Positions 27,401 through 42,748 of a stretch of 64,000 nt of DNA are shown piece by piece. The notes beneath the pieces were generated by a model that saw only the letters and a program-made list of their open reading frames with translations, did not search any database and was not told where the DNA came from. Every line of letters starts with the position of its first letter. Position 1 is the stretch's first letter. A program made the position numbers and the translations under genes. Source of the stretch: the human T2T-CHM13v2.0 reference genome, Homo sapiens; NCBI RefSeq assembly GCF_009914755.1, contig NC_060940.1. One strand, 5' to 3'.

Positions 27401-30400
27401 TCCACAGGTTTCCATTCGTGTCCATTCCATTATTCCATTCTATTCCATTTGATGATGATTCCATTCGATTCCATTCATTGGTGATTCCACTCAATTCCAT
27501 TCAATGATTCCATTCCATTTCTTTCAACAATGATTCCATTAGTTTCTAATCGATGATCCACTTGATTCCATTTGACGAGGATTCCATTCTTGTCCATTCG
27601 ATGATTCCATTTGATTCCATATGATGATGATTCCATTCGATTCCATACCATGATGATTCCATTCGAGTCCATTCAATGGTGATTCCATTCAATTCCATTC
27701 GATGATTCCTTTCGATTCCATTCGATGATGATGGCATTCGATTCCTTTCAATCATTCCCTTTGATTCCATTCCAAGGTGATTTCATTCAAGTCCATTCGA
27801 TAATTGCATTCGATTCCATTCTATGATGATTCCATTCGAGTCCATTTGATGATTCCATTCAATTCAAGTCAATGATGATTCCATTCGATTCCATTCGATG
27901 ATTCCATTGGATTCCATTCGATGATGATTCCATTCAAATCCTTTCGATAATTCAATTCAAGTCCATTCGATGATGATTCCAATCGAATCCATTCAAAGAT
28001 TCCATTCAGTTCCATTCGATGATTCCCTTAGATTCCATTCGATGATTCCACTTGATTGCATTTACGATGATTCCATTCGATTCCATGTGATGATTCCATT
28101 CAATTCTATTCAATGATGTCTCCATTTGATTCCATTCGACCATGATTGCCTTTGATTCCATTCAATGATTCCATTCGGTTCCGTTTGATGATGATTCCGT
28201 TCGATTCCATTTGATGATTCCATTTGATTCCATTGGATGGGTCCATTCGATTACATTCGATGATTATTCCATTCGAGTGCATTAGATGATTCCATTCGAG
28301 TCCATTCGATGATTCCATTCGATTCCATTCGATGTTGATTCTGTTCAAATCCATTCGATGATTCCACTCGATTCCATTCGTTGACTCCATTTGATCCCAT
28401 TCGATGATTTCCTTTGATTCCCTTTGATGATCATTCCATTTGATTCAATTCGGTGATTTCATTTGATTCCATTCAGTGATGTTTCCATTCGACTCCATTC
28501 GATGATGATTCCATTCGACTCCATTCGATTATGATTTCATTCAATTCCATTCGATAATGATTCCCTTCGAGTCCATTCGATGATTCCATTCGATTCCATT
28601 CAACGATGTTTTGATTCCTGTCCATTCGATGATTCCATTTGATTCCACTTGATGATGATTCCATTCGAGTCCATTTGATGATTCCATTCAATTCCATACT
28701 CCGATGATTTCTTTTGAGCCCACTCAATGCTTCCACTCGATTCCATATGATGATGACTCCATTCGATGAAATTCGATGATGATTCCATTCGCTTGCTTTC
28801 GATGATGATTCCACTTGAGTCCGTTAGAAGATTCTATTCAATTACATTCCATGACGATTCCGTTCGAGTCCATTTGATGATTCCATTAGACTCCATTCGA
28901 CGATGATTCCATTCGATGTTATTCGATGATTCCATTCGATCTCATTCGATGATGATTCCATTCAACTCCATTCGATGTTTCCATTCGAGTTCATTCTATT
29001 ATTCCATTAGATTCCATTCGATGATGATTCCATTCGATTCCATTTGATGATTGCATTCTATTTCATTTGATGATGATTCCATTCGAGTCCACTCGATGAT
29101 TCCATTCGAGTCCATTTAATGAATCCATTGGTTTCAATTCTATGATGATTACATTGGATTCCATTCGTTGATGATTTCATTCGGTTCCATTCAATGATGA
29201 TTCCATTCAATTCCTTTCAATGTTTCCATTCAATTCCATACGATGATGATTCCATTTGATTTGATTCGACAGTGAGCCATTCGATTCAATTCCATGATGA
29301 TTCTATTTGATTCAATTGGTTGACATTTCCATTCGATTCCATTCGATGATGATTCCCTTTGATTCCGTTCAAAGATGATTCCATTCTAGCCCATTCAATC
29401 ATTCCATTCGATTCTATTGAATGATGATTCCATTCATGTCGATTTGGTGATTCCATTTGACTTCATTTGATGATGATTCCTTTCAAGTTCATTAGATGAT
29501 TCCATTCGATTCCATTTGATGATGATCCCATTCGAGTCCATTCAGTGATTCCATTCGTTTCCATTCCATGATGATTCCATTCCTTTCCATTCAATGATTC
29601 CATTCGATTCCGTTTGATGATGATTTCATTCGAGTCCATTTGATGATTCCATTTGATTCCATTCGATGATGATTCCATTCGAGTCCATTCGATGATTCTA
29701 TTCGAATCCATTTGATGATTTCTTTTGATTATATTTGGTGATGATTCCATTGGAGTCCATTCAATGATTCCATTCTATTCCAATCGATGATGATTCCATT
29801 AGAGTCCATTTAATGATTCCATTTGATTCCAGTCTCTGATGATTACATTCGAGTCCATACGATGATTCCACTCAATTCCATATGATGATTCCATTTGATT
29901 CCATTCGGTGATTCCATTCTATTCTATTCAATGGTGATTCCATTCGAGTACATTAGATGATTCCATTCGATTCCATTCAATGATGATTCTATTTGTGTCC
30001 CTTAGATGATTCCACATGATTCCATTAGATGATGATACTATTTGAGCCCATCCAATGATTCCCTTCGATTCCATTCGATGAGGATTCCATTCGATTCAAT
30101 TCATTGGTGATTCTATTCAATTCAATTCTTTGATTCCATTCCATTCCATTCGACAATGATTCCATTCGATTTCTTTCGATGATTCCACTCGATTCCACTT
30201 GACATTGATTCCATTCGATTCCATTCAATGATTCCATTTGATTCCAGTGGATGATGATTGCCATCGATTCCATTCGATCACTCCATTCTATTCCATTTGA
30301 TGATGATTACATTCGATTCCATTTGATGATTCCATCTGATTCTATTCGAGGATTCCATTTGATTCCATTCGATGATGATTCCATTCGAGTCCATTCGATG

Positions 30401-30530
30401 ATTTCATTCGAGTACATCCAATGATTCCATTCGAGTCCATTAGATGATTCCATTTGATTCCATTTGAAAATGATTCTACTAGAGTCCATTCAATGACTCC
30501 ATTCGAGTCCATTCAACAATTCCATTCGAC
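24448..30530 (+). repeat. HOR copy 5 (6083 bp; 26-bp and 3-bp deletions)
   Basis: Lacks TTACATTTGATGATGATCCCATTCAA near 24565 and one GAT near 29885. Confidence 0.93.
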
Positions 30531-33500
30531 TCCATTCGATGATTCCATTCGATTCCATTTGATGGTTCCATTCGAGTCCATTTAATCATTACAGTCGAGT
30601 CCATTTGGTGATTCCACTGGATTTCTTTTGATAATGATACCATTCAATTACATTTGATGATGATCCCATTCAATTTCATTTGATGATGATTCCATTAGAG
30701 TCCATTCGATGATTTCATTCGAGTCCCTTCATTGATTCCATCCGATTTCATTGGATGATGACTCCATTCGAGTCCATTCGATGATTCCACTCGATTCCAT
30801 TAGATGACTCCATTGGAGTCCATTTGATTGTTCCATTCGATTCCATTCGATTCCTTTCGAAGATTATTCCATTTGAGTCCATTCGATGATGATTCCATTC
30901 CATTCCATTCGATGATTCCGTTTGATTCCATTCGATGATTCCCTTCGATTCCTTTCTTTGATGATTCCATTCCATTCCATTCAATGATTCCATTCGAATC
31001 TATTCCATGATGATTCCTTTCGATTCCATTCGCTGATGTTTCCGTTCAATTCCATTCGATGATGATTCCATTCGATTCCATTCATTGAGGATTCCATTGG
31101 ATTCCATTCAATGATGATTCCATTCCATTCCATTCAATGATTGCATTCAATTCCATTCAATGATTATCCCATTAGAGTAAACTCAACGATTCCATTCAAT
31201 ACCATTCGATGATGATTCCTTTTGAGTCCATTCAATGATTTCATTCAAGTCCATTTGATGATTCCTTTCAATTCCATTCTATGATGATTCCATTCGAGTC
31301 CATTCGATGATTCCATTCGATTGCATTCGATGATTCCATTATATTCCATTCAACGGTGATTCCATTCGAGTCCATTCCATCATTCCATTAGAGTACATTT
31401 AATGATTGCTTTGTTTTCAATTCGAAGATGATTACATTGGATTCCATTCTATGATACCATTCGATTCCATTCAATGATGAGTCCACTCAAATCCATTGGA
31501 TGATTCCATTCGTGTCCATTCGGTGATTTCATTAGATTCCATTCGAGGATGATTCCATTCGATTCCATTCGATGATTCCATTCAATTCCATTCGATGATG
31601 ATTCCATTCCAGTCCATATGATCATTCCATTTGATTTCATTCGATGATGATTCCATTCGATTCGATTCGACGATTCCATTCTATTCCATTCGATGATGAT
31701 TCCATTCGAGTCCATTCGATCAATCCATTCGAGTCCATTTAATGATTCCATTGTGTTCAATTCAATGATGATTACATTGGATTCCGTTCTATGATTCCAT
31801 TCAATTCCGTTCATTGACAATTTGATTCCATTCGATGATGATTCCATTTGAGTTCATTCGATGATTCTATTCGATTCTCTTCGATGGTGATTCAATTCTA
31901 TTATATTGGATGATTCCATTCGATTCCATTTGATGTTGATTCAATTCGATTCTATTCGATGATGATTCCATTGGATTTCACTTGATGATTCTATTCGATT
32001 CCATTCAATGATGATTCACTTCTCGTCCATTGGATGATTCCATTTCATTCCATTCGATGATGATTCCATTCGATTCCATTCGTTGATTCCATTTGATTCC
32101 ATTCGACGGTGAGCAATTCGATTCAATTCCATGATGATTCTATTTGATTCAATTAGATGATGTTTCCATTCGAATCCATTCCATGATTATTCCATTGGAA
32201 TCCATTCGGCGATGATTCCATATGAGTCAATTCAATGATGATTCCATATGGGTCCGTTCGATGATAATTCCATTTGATTTCATTCGATGCTTCTATTCAA
32301 TTCCAGTCGATGATGATTCCGTTGGAGTCCATACGATGATTCCATTTGATTTCATTTGATGATGATTCCATTCGATGATGATTACATTGGATTCCATTCT
32401 ATGATTCCATTCAATTCCATTCGTTGATGATTCGATTCCATTCAATGATGATTCCATTTGAGTTCATTCGATGATTCTATTCGATTCCGTTCGATGGTGA
32501 TTCAATTCTATTATATTGGATGATTACACTCGATTCCATTTGATGATTATTCCATTGGAGTCCACTTAGTGAATCCTTTAGATTCTACTCGACGATGATT
32601 CCATTCGAGTCCATTCGATGATACCATTCAATTCCATTCGTTGATGCTTCCATTCAAGTGCATTCGATGATATCATTCGATTCCATTTGATGTTAATTCC
32701 ATTTGATTCCATGCGATGATTCTATTCGATTCCATTCAATGATAATTCCATTCAATTCAGTGATTCCTCTGGACTCCATTTGATGATGATTCCATTCAAT
32801 GATTCCATTCGATTCTATTCGAAAATGATTCCATTTGAATCCATTTGATGATGATTCCATTAGTGTCCATTTGATGATTCCATTCGATTCCATTCGACGA
32901 TGATTCCATTCGATTCCGTTTGATGATTCCATTCTATTCTATTCGATGATGATTCCATTCGATTCCATTCGATGATGATTTGATTCGATTCCATTTGATG
33001 ATTTCATTTGATTCCATTCGTTAATGATTTCGATCAATTCCATTCGATGATTCCATTCGATTCCATTCGATAATGATTACATCCGAGTCCATTCGATGAT
33101 TCCCTTTGAGCCTGTTCGATAATTCCATTTGAGTCCAAGCAATGATTCCATTCATTTCCATTCAATGATTCCATTCGAGTCCATTTGATCATTCCGGTAG
33201 GGTCCATTCGATGTTGATTCCATTGGAGTGCATTCGATGATTCCATTCGAGTCCATTTTAGGATTTGATTCGAGTCCTTTCGATGATTCCATTCGATTCC
33301 ACTCGATGATGATTTCATTCGAGTCCATTCGACACTTCCAATCGATTCCATTTGATGATTCCATTCGAGTCCAATTGATGATTCCATTCAATTCCATTCG
33401 ATGATGATTCCGTACGATTCCATTCTGTGATGATTCCATGTGATTGCATTCAATGATGATTCCTTTCGATTGCATTCGATTATGATTCATTTCGTGTTCA

Positions 33501-36500
33501 TTCTATGGTTCCACAGGTTTCCATTCGTGTCCATTCCATTATTCCATTCTATTCCATTTGATGATGATTCCATTCGATTCCATTCATTGGTGATTCCACT
33601 CAATTCCATTCAATGATTCCATTCCATTTCTTTCAACAATGATTCCATTAGTTTCTAATCGATGATCCACTTGATTCCATTTGACGAGGATTCCATTCTT
33701 GTCCATTCGATGATTCCATTTGATTCCATATGATGATGATTCCATTCGATTCCATACCATGATGATTCCATTCGAGTCCATTCAATGGTGATTCCATTCA
33801 ATTCCATTCGATGATTCCTTTCGATTCCATTCGATGATGATGGCATTCGATTCCTTTCAATCATTCCCTTTGATTCCATTCCAAGGTGATTTCATTCAAG
33901 TCCATTCGATAATTGCATTCGATTCCATTCTATGATGATTCCATTCGAGTCCATTTGATGATTCCATTCAATTCAAGTCAATGATGATTCCATTCGATTC
34001 CATTCGATGATTCCATTGGATTCCATTCGATGATGATTCCATTCAAATCCTTTCGATAATTCAATTCAAGTCCATTCGATGATGATTCCAATCGAATCCA
34101 TTCAAAGATTCCATTCAGTTCCATTCGATGATTCCCTTAGATTCCATTCGATGATTCCACTTGATTGCATTTACGATGATTCCATTCGATTCCATGTGAT
34201 GATTCCATTCAATTCTATTCAATGATGTCTCCATTTGATTCCATTCGACCATGATTGCCTTTGATTCCATTCAATGATTCCATTCGGTTCCGTTTGATGA
34301 TGATTCCGTTCGATTCCATTTGATGATTCCATTTGATTCCATTGGATGGGTCCATTTGATTACATTCGATGATTATTCCATTCGAGTGCATTAGATGATT
34401 CCATTCGAGTCCATTCGATGATTCCATTCGATTCCATTCGATGTTGATTCTGTTCAAATCCATTCGATGATTCCACTCGATTCCATTCGTTGACTCCATT
34501 TGATCCCATTCGATGATTTCCTTTGATTCCCTTTGATGATCATTCCATTTGATTCAATTCGGTGATTTCATTTGATTCCATTCAGTGATGTTTCCATTCG
34601 ACTCCATTCGATGATGATTCCATTCGACTCCATTCGATTATGATTTCATTCAATTCCATTCGATAATGGTTCCCTTCGAGTCCATTCGATGATTCCATTC
34701 GATTCCATTCAACGATGTTTTGATTCCTGTCCATTCGATGATTCCATTTGATTCCACTTGATGATGATTCCATTCGAGTCCATTTGATGATTCCATTCAA
34801 TTCCATACTCCGATGATTTCTTTTGAGCCCACTCAATGCTTCCACTCGATTCCATATGATGATGACTCCATTCGATGAAATTCGATGATGATTCCATTCG
34901 CTTGCTTTCGATGATGATTCCACTTGAGTCCGTTAGAAGATTCTATTCAATTACATTCCATGACGATTCCGTTCGAGTCCATTTGATGATTCCATTAGAC
35001 TCCATTCGACGATGATTCCATTCGATGTTATTCGATGATTCCATTCGATCTCATTCGATGATGATTCCATTCAACTCCATTCGATGTTTCCATTCGAGTT
35101 CATTCTATTATTCCATTAGATTCCATTCGATGATGATTCCATTCGATTCCATTTGATGATTGCATTCTATTTCATTTGATGATGATTCCATTCGAGTCCA
35201 CTCGATGATTCCATTCGAGTCCATTTAATGAATCCATTGGTTTCAATTCTATGATGATTACATTGGATTCCATTCGTTGATGATTTCATTCGGTTCCATT
35301 CAATGATGATTCCATTCAATTCCTTTCAATGTTTCCATTCAATTCCATACGATGATGATTCCATTTGATTTGATTCGACAGTGAGCCATTCGATTCAATT
35401 CCATGATGATTCTATTTGATTCAATTGGTTGACATTTCCATTCGATTCCATTCGATGATGATTCCCTTTGATTCCGTTCAAAGATGATTCCATTCTAGCC
35501 CATTCAATCATTCCATTCGATTCTATTCAATGATGATTCCATTCATGTCGATTTGGTGATTCCATTTGACTTCATTTGATGATGATTCCTTTCAAGTTCA
35601 TTAGATGATTCCATTCGATTCCATTTGATGATGATCCCATTCGAGTCCATTCAGTGATTCCATTCGTTTCCATTCCATGATGATTCCATTCCTTTCCATT
35701 CAATGATTCCATTCGATTCCGTTTGATGATGATTTCATTCGAGTCCATTTGATGATTCCATTTGATTCCATTCGATGATGATTCCATTCGAGTCCATTCG
35801 ATGATTCTATTCGAATCCATTTGATGATTTCTTTTGATTATATTTGGTGATGATTCCATTGGAGTCCATTCAATGATTCCATTCTATTCCAATCGATGAT
35901 GATTCCATTAGAGTCCATTTAATGATTCCATTTGATTCCAGTCTCTGATGATTACATTCGAGTCCATACGATGATTCCACTCAATTCCATATGATGATTC
36001 CATTTGATTCCATTCGGTGATTCCATTCTATTCTATTCAATGGTGATTCCATTCGAGTACATTAGATGATTCCATTCGATTCCATTCAATGATGATTCTA
36101 TTTGTGTCCCTTAGATGATTCCACATGATTCCATTAGATGATGATACTATTTGAGCCCATCCAATGATTCCCTTCGATTCCATTCGATGAGGATTCCATT
36201 CGATTCAATTCATTGGTGATTCTATTCAATTCAATTCTTTGATTCCATTCCATTCCATTCGACAATGATTCCATTCGATTTCTTTCGATGATTCCACTCG
36301 ATTCCACTTGACATTGATTCCATTCGATTCCATTCAATGATTCCATTTGATTCCAGTGGATGATGATTGCCATCGATTCCATTCGATCACTCCATTCTAT
36401 TCCATTTGATGATGATTACATTCGATTCCATTTGATGATTCCATCTGATTCTATTCGAGGATTCCATTTGATTCCATTCGATGATGATTCCATTCGAGTC

Positions 36501-36639
36501 CATTCGATGATTTCATTCGAGTACATCCAATGATTCCATTCGAGTCCATTAGATGATTCCATTTGATTCCATTTGAAAATGATTCTACTAGAGTCCATTC
36601 AATGACTCCATTCGAGTCCATTCAACAATTCCATTCGAC
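30531..36639 (+). repeat. HOR copy 6 (6109 bp; 3-bp deletion)
   Basis: CCATATGATGATTCC near 35990 versus CCATATGATGATGATTCC. Confidence 0.93.
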
Positions 36640-39600
36640 TCCATTCGATGATTCCATTCGATTCCATTTGATGGTTCCATTCGAGTCCATTTAATCATTA
36701 CAGTCGAGTCCATTTGGTGATTCCACTGGATTTCTTTTGATAATGATACCATTCAATTACATTTGATGATGATCCCATTCAATTTCATTTGATGATGATT
36801 CCATTAGAGTCCATTCGATGATTTCATTCGAGTCCCTTCATTGATTCCATCCGATTTCATTGGATGATGACTCCATTCGAGTCCATTCGATGATTCCACT
36901 CGATTCCATTAGATGACTCCATTGGAGTCCATTTGATTGTTCCATTCGATTCCATTCGATTCCTTTCGAAGATTATTCCATTTGAGTCCATTCGATGATG
37001 ATTCCATTCCATTCCCTTCGATGATTCCGTTTGATTCCATTCGATGATTCCCTTCGATTCCTTTCTTTGATGATTCCATTCCATTCCATTCAATGATTCC
37101 ATTCGAATCTATTCCATGATGATTCCTTTCGATTCCATTCGCTGATGTTTCCGTTCAATTCCATTCGATGATGATTCCATTCGATTCCATTCATTGAGGA
37201 TTCCATTTGATTCCATTCAATGATGATTCCATTCTATTCCATTCAATGATTGCATTCAATTCCATTCAATGATTATCCCATTAGAGTAAACTCAACGATT
37301 CCATTCAATACCATTCGATGATGATTCCTTTTGAGTCCATTCAATGATTTCATTCAAGTCCATTTGATGATTCCTTTCAATTCCATTCTATGATGATTCC
37401 ATTCGAGTCCATTCGATGATTCCATTCGATTGCATTCGATGATTCCATTATATTCCATTCAACGGTGATTCCATTCGAGTCCATTCCATGATTCCATTAG
37501 AGTACATTTAATGATTGCTTTGTTTTCAATTCGAAGATGATTACATTGGATTCCATTCTATGATACCATTCGATTCCATTCAATGATGATTCCACTCAAA
37601 TCCATTGGATGATTCCATTCGTGTCCATTCGGTGATTTCATTAGATTCCATTCGAGGATGATTCCATTCGATTCCATTCGATGATTCCATTCAATTCCAT
37701 TCGATGATGATTCCATTCCAGTCCATATGATCATTCCATTTGATTTCATTCGATGATGATTCCATTCGATTCGATTCGACGATTCCATTCTATTCCATTC
37801 GATGATGATTCCATTCGAGTCCATTCGATGATTCCATTCGAGTCCATTTAATGATTCCATTGGGTTCAATTCAATGATGATTACATTGGATTCCGTTCTA
37901 TGATTCCATTCAATTCCGTTCATTGACAATTTGATTCCATTCGATGATGATTCCATTTGAGTTCATTCGATGATTCTATTCGATTCTCTTCGATGGTGAT
38001 TCAATTCTATTATATTGGATGATTCCATTCGATTCCATTTGATGTTGATTCAATTCGATTCTATTCGATGATGATTCCATTGGATTTCACTTGATGATTC
38101 TATTCGATTCCATTCAATGATGATTCACTTCTCGTCCATTGGATGATTCCATTTCATTCCATTCGATGATGATTCCATTCGATTCCATTCGATGATTCCA
38201 TTTGATTCCATGCGACGGTGAGCAATTCGATTCAATTCCATGATGATTCTATTTGATTCAATTAGATGATGTTTCCATTCGAATCCATTCCATGATTATT
38301 CCATTGGAATCCATTCGGCGATGATTCCATATGAGTCAATTCAATGATGATTCCATATGGGTCCGTTCGATGATAATTCCATTTGATTTCATTCGATGCT
38401 TCTATTCTATTCCAGTCGATGATGATTCCGTTGGAGTCCATACGATGATTCCATTTGATTTCATTTGATGATGATTCCATTCGATGATGATTACATTGGA
38501 TTCCATTCTATGATTCCATTCAATTCCATTCGTTGATGATTCGATTCCATTCAATGATGATTCCATTTGAGTTCATTCGATGATTCTATTCGATTCCGTT
38601 CGATGGTGATTCAATTCTATTATATTGGATGATTCCACTCGATTCCATTTGATGATTATTCCATTGGAGTCCACTTAGTGAATCCTTTAGATTCTACTCG
38701 ACGATGATTCCATTCGAGTCCATTCGATGATACCATTCAATTCCATTCGTTGATGCTTCCATTCAAGTGCATTCGATGATATCATTCGATTCCATTTGAT
38801 GATAATTCCATTTGATTCCATGCGATGATTCTATTCGATTCCATTCAATGATAATTCCATTCAATTCAGTGATTCCTCTGGACTCCATTTGATGATGATT
38901 CCATTCAATGATTCCATTCGATTCTATTCGAAAATGATTCCATTTGAATCCATTTGATGATGATTCCATTAGATTCCATTTGATGATTCCATTCGATTCC
39001 ATTCGACGATGATTCCATTCGATTCCGTTTGATGATTCCATTCTATTCTATTCGATGATGATTCCATTCGATTCCATTCGATGATGATTGGATTCGATTC
39101 CATTTGATGATTTCATTTGATTCCATTCGTTAATGATTTCGATCAATTCCATTCGATGATTCCATTTGATTCCATTCGATAATGATTACATCCGAGTCCA
39201 TTCGATGATTCCCTTTGAGCCCGTTCGATAATTCCATTTGAGTCCAACCAATGATTCCATTCATTTCCATTCAATGATTCCATTCGAGTCCATTTGATCA
39301 TTCCGGTAGGGTCCATTCGATGTTGATTCCATTGGAGTGCATTCGATGATTCCATTCGAGTCCATTTTAGGATTTGAATCGAGTCCTTTCGATGATTCCA
39401 TTCGATTCCACTCGATGATGATTTCATTCGAGTCCATTCGACACTTCCAATCGATTCCATTTGATGATTCCATTCGAGTCCAATTGATGATTCCATTCAA
39501 TTCCATTCGATGATGATTCCGTACGATTCCATTCTGTGATGATTCCATGTGATTGCATTCAATGATGATTCCTTTCGATTGCATTCGATTATGATTCATT

Positions 39601-42600
39601 TCGTGTTCATTCTATGGTTCCACAGGTTTCCATTCGTGTCCATTCCATTATTCCATTCTATTCCATTTGATGATGATTCCATTCGATTCCATTCATTGGT
39701 GATTCCACTCAATTCCATTCAATGATTCCATTCCATTTCTTTCAACAATGATTCCATTAGTTTCTAATCGATGATCCACTTGATTCCATTTGACGACGAT
39801 TCCATTCTTGTCCATTCGATGATTCCATTTGATTCCATATGATGATGATTCCATTCGATTCCATACCATGATGATTCCATTCGAGTCCATTCAATGGTGA
39901 TTCCATTCAATTCCATTCGATGATTCCTTTTGATTCCATTCGATGATGATGGCATTCGATTCCTTTCAATCATTCCCTTTGATTCCATTCAAAGGTGATT
40001 TCATTCAAGTCCATTCGATAATTGCATTCGATTCCATTCTATGATGATTCCATTCGAGTCCATTTGATGATTCCATTCAATTCAAGTCAATGATGATTCC
40101 ATTCGATTCCATTCGATGATTCCATTGGATTCCATTCGATGATGATTCCATTCAAATCCATTCGATAATTCAATTCAAGTCCATTCGATGATGATTCCAA
40201 TCGAATCCATTCAAAGATTCCATTCAGTTCCATTCGATGATTCCCTTAGATTCCATTCGATGATTCCACTTGATTGCATTTACGATGATTCCATTCGATT
40301 CCATGTGATGATTCCATTCAATTGTATTCAATGATGTCTCCATTTGATTCCATTCGACCATGATTGCCTTTGATTCCATTCAATGATTCCATTCGGTTCC
40401 GTTTGATGATGATTCCGTTCGATTCCATTTGATGATTCCATTTGATTCCATTGGATGAGTCCATTCGATTACATTCGATGATTATTCCATTCGAGTGCAT
40501 TAGATGATTCCATTCGAGTCCATTCGATGATTCCATTCGATTCCATTCGATGTTGATTCTGTTCAAATCCATTCGATGATTCCACTCGATTCCATTCGTT
40601 GACTCCATTTGATCCCATTCGATGATTTCCTTTGATTCCCTTTGATGATCATTCCATTTGATTCAATTCGGTGATTTCATTTGATTCCATTCAGTGATGT
40701 TTCCATTCGACTCCATTCGATGATGATTCCATTCGACTCCATTCGATTATGATTTCATTCAATTCCATTCGATAATGATTCCCTTCGAGTCCATTCGATG
40801 ATTCCATTCGATTCCATTCAACGATGATTTGATTCGTGTCCATTCGATGATTCCATTTGATTCCACTTGATGATGATTCCATTCGAGTCCATTTGATGAT
40901 TCCATTCAATTCCATACTCCGATGATTTCTTTTGAGCCCACTCAATGCTTCCACTCGATTCCATATGATGATGACTCCATTCGATGAAATTCGATGATGA
41001 TTCCATTCGCTTGCTTTCGATGATGATTCCACTTGAGTCCGTTAGAAGATTCTATTCAATTACATTCCATGACGATTCCGTTCGAGTCCATTTGATGATT
41101 CCATTAGACTCCATTCGACGATGATTCCATTCGATGTTATTCGATGATTCCATTCGATCTCATTCGATGATGATTCCATTCAACTCCATTCGATGTTTCC
41201 ATTCGAGTTCATTCTATTATTCCATTAGATTCCATTCGATGATGATTCCATTCGATTCCATTTGATGATTGCATTCTATTTCATTTGATGATGATTCCAT
41301 TCGAGTCCACTCGATGATTCCATTCGAGTCCATTTAATGAATCCATTGGTTTCAATTCTATGATGATTACATTGGATTCCATTCGTTGATGATTTCATTC
41401 AGTTCCATTCAATGATGATTCCATTCAATTCCTTTCAATGTTTCCATTCAATTCCATACGATGATGATTCCATTTGATTTGATTCGACAGTGAGCCATTC
41501 GATTCAATTCCATGATGATTCTATTTGATTCAATTGGTTGACATTTACATTCGATTCCATTCGATGATGATTCCCTTTGATTCCGTTCAAAGATGATTCC
41601 ATTCTAGCCCATTCAATCATTCCATTCGATTCTATTCAATGATGATTCCATTCATGTCGATTTGGTGATTCCATTTGACTTCATTTGATGATGATTCCTT
41701 TCAAGTTCATTAGATGATTCCATTCGATTCCATTTGATGATGATCCCATTCGAGTCCATTCAGTGATTCCATTCGTTTCCATTCCATGATGATTCCATTC
41801 CTTTCCATTCAATGATTCCATTCGATTCCGTTTGATGATGATTTCATTCGAGTCCATTTGATGATTCCATTTGATTCCATTCGATGATGATTCCATTCGA
41901 GTCCATTCGATGATTCTATTCGAATCCATTTGATGATTTCTTTTGATTATAGTTGGTGATGATTCCATTGGAGTCCATTCAATGATTCCATTCTATTCCA
42001 ATCGATGATGATTCCATTAGAGTCCATTTAATGATTCCATTTGATTCCAGTCTCTGATGATTACATTCGAGTCCATACGATGATTCCACTCAATTCCATA
42101 TGATGATTCCATTTGATTCCATTCGGTGATTCCATTCTATTCTATTCAATGGTGATTCCATTCGAGTACATTAGATGATTCCATTCGATTCCATTCAATG
42201 ATGATTCTATTTGTGTCCCTTAGATGATTCCACATGATTCCATTAGATGATGATAGTATTTGAGCCCATCCAATGATTCCCTTCGATTCCATTCGATGAG
42301 GATTCCATTCGATTCAATTCATTGGTGATTCTATTCAATTCAATTCTTTGATTCCATTCCATTCCATTCGACAATGATTCCATTCGATTTCTTTCGATGA
42401 TTCCACTCGATTCCACTTGACATTGATTCCATTCGATTCCATTCAATGATTCCATTTGATTCCAGTGGATGATGATTGCCATCGATTCCATTCGATCACT
42501 CCATTCTATTCCATTTGATGATGATTACATTCGATTCCATTTGATGATTCCATCTGATTCTATTCGAGGATTCCATTTGATTCCATTCGATGATGATTCC

Positions 42601-42748
42601 ATTCGAGTCCATTCGATGATTTCATTCGAGTACATCCAATGATTCCATTCGAGTCCATTAGATGATTCCATTTGATTCCATTTGAAAATGATTCTACTAG
42701 AGTCTATTCAATGACTCCATTCGAGTCCATTCAACAATTCCATTCGAC
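36640..42748 (+). repeat. HOR copy 7 (6109 bp; 3-bp deletion)
   Basis: Same GAT deletion near 42100. Confidence 0.93.
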
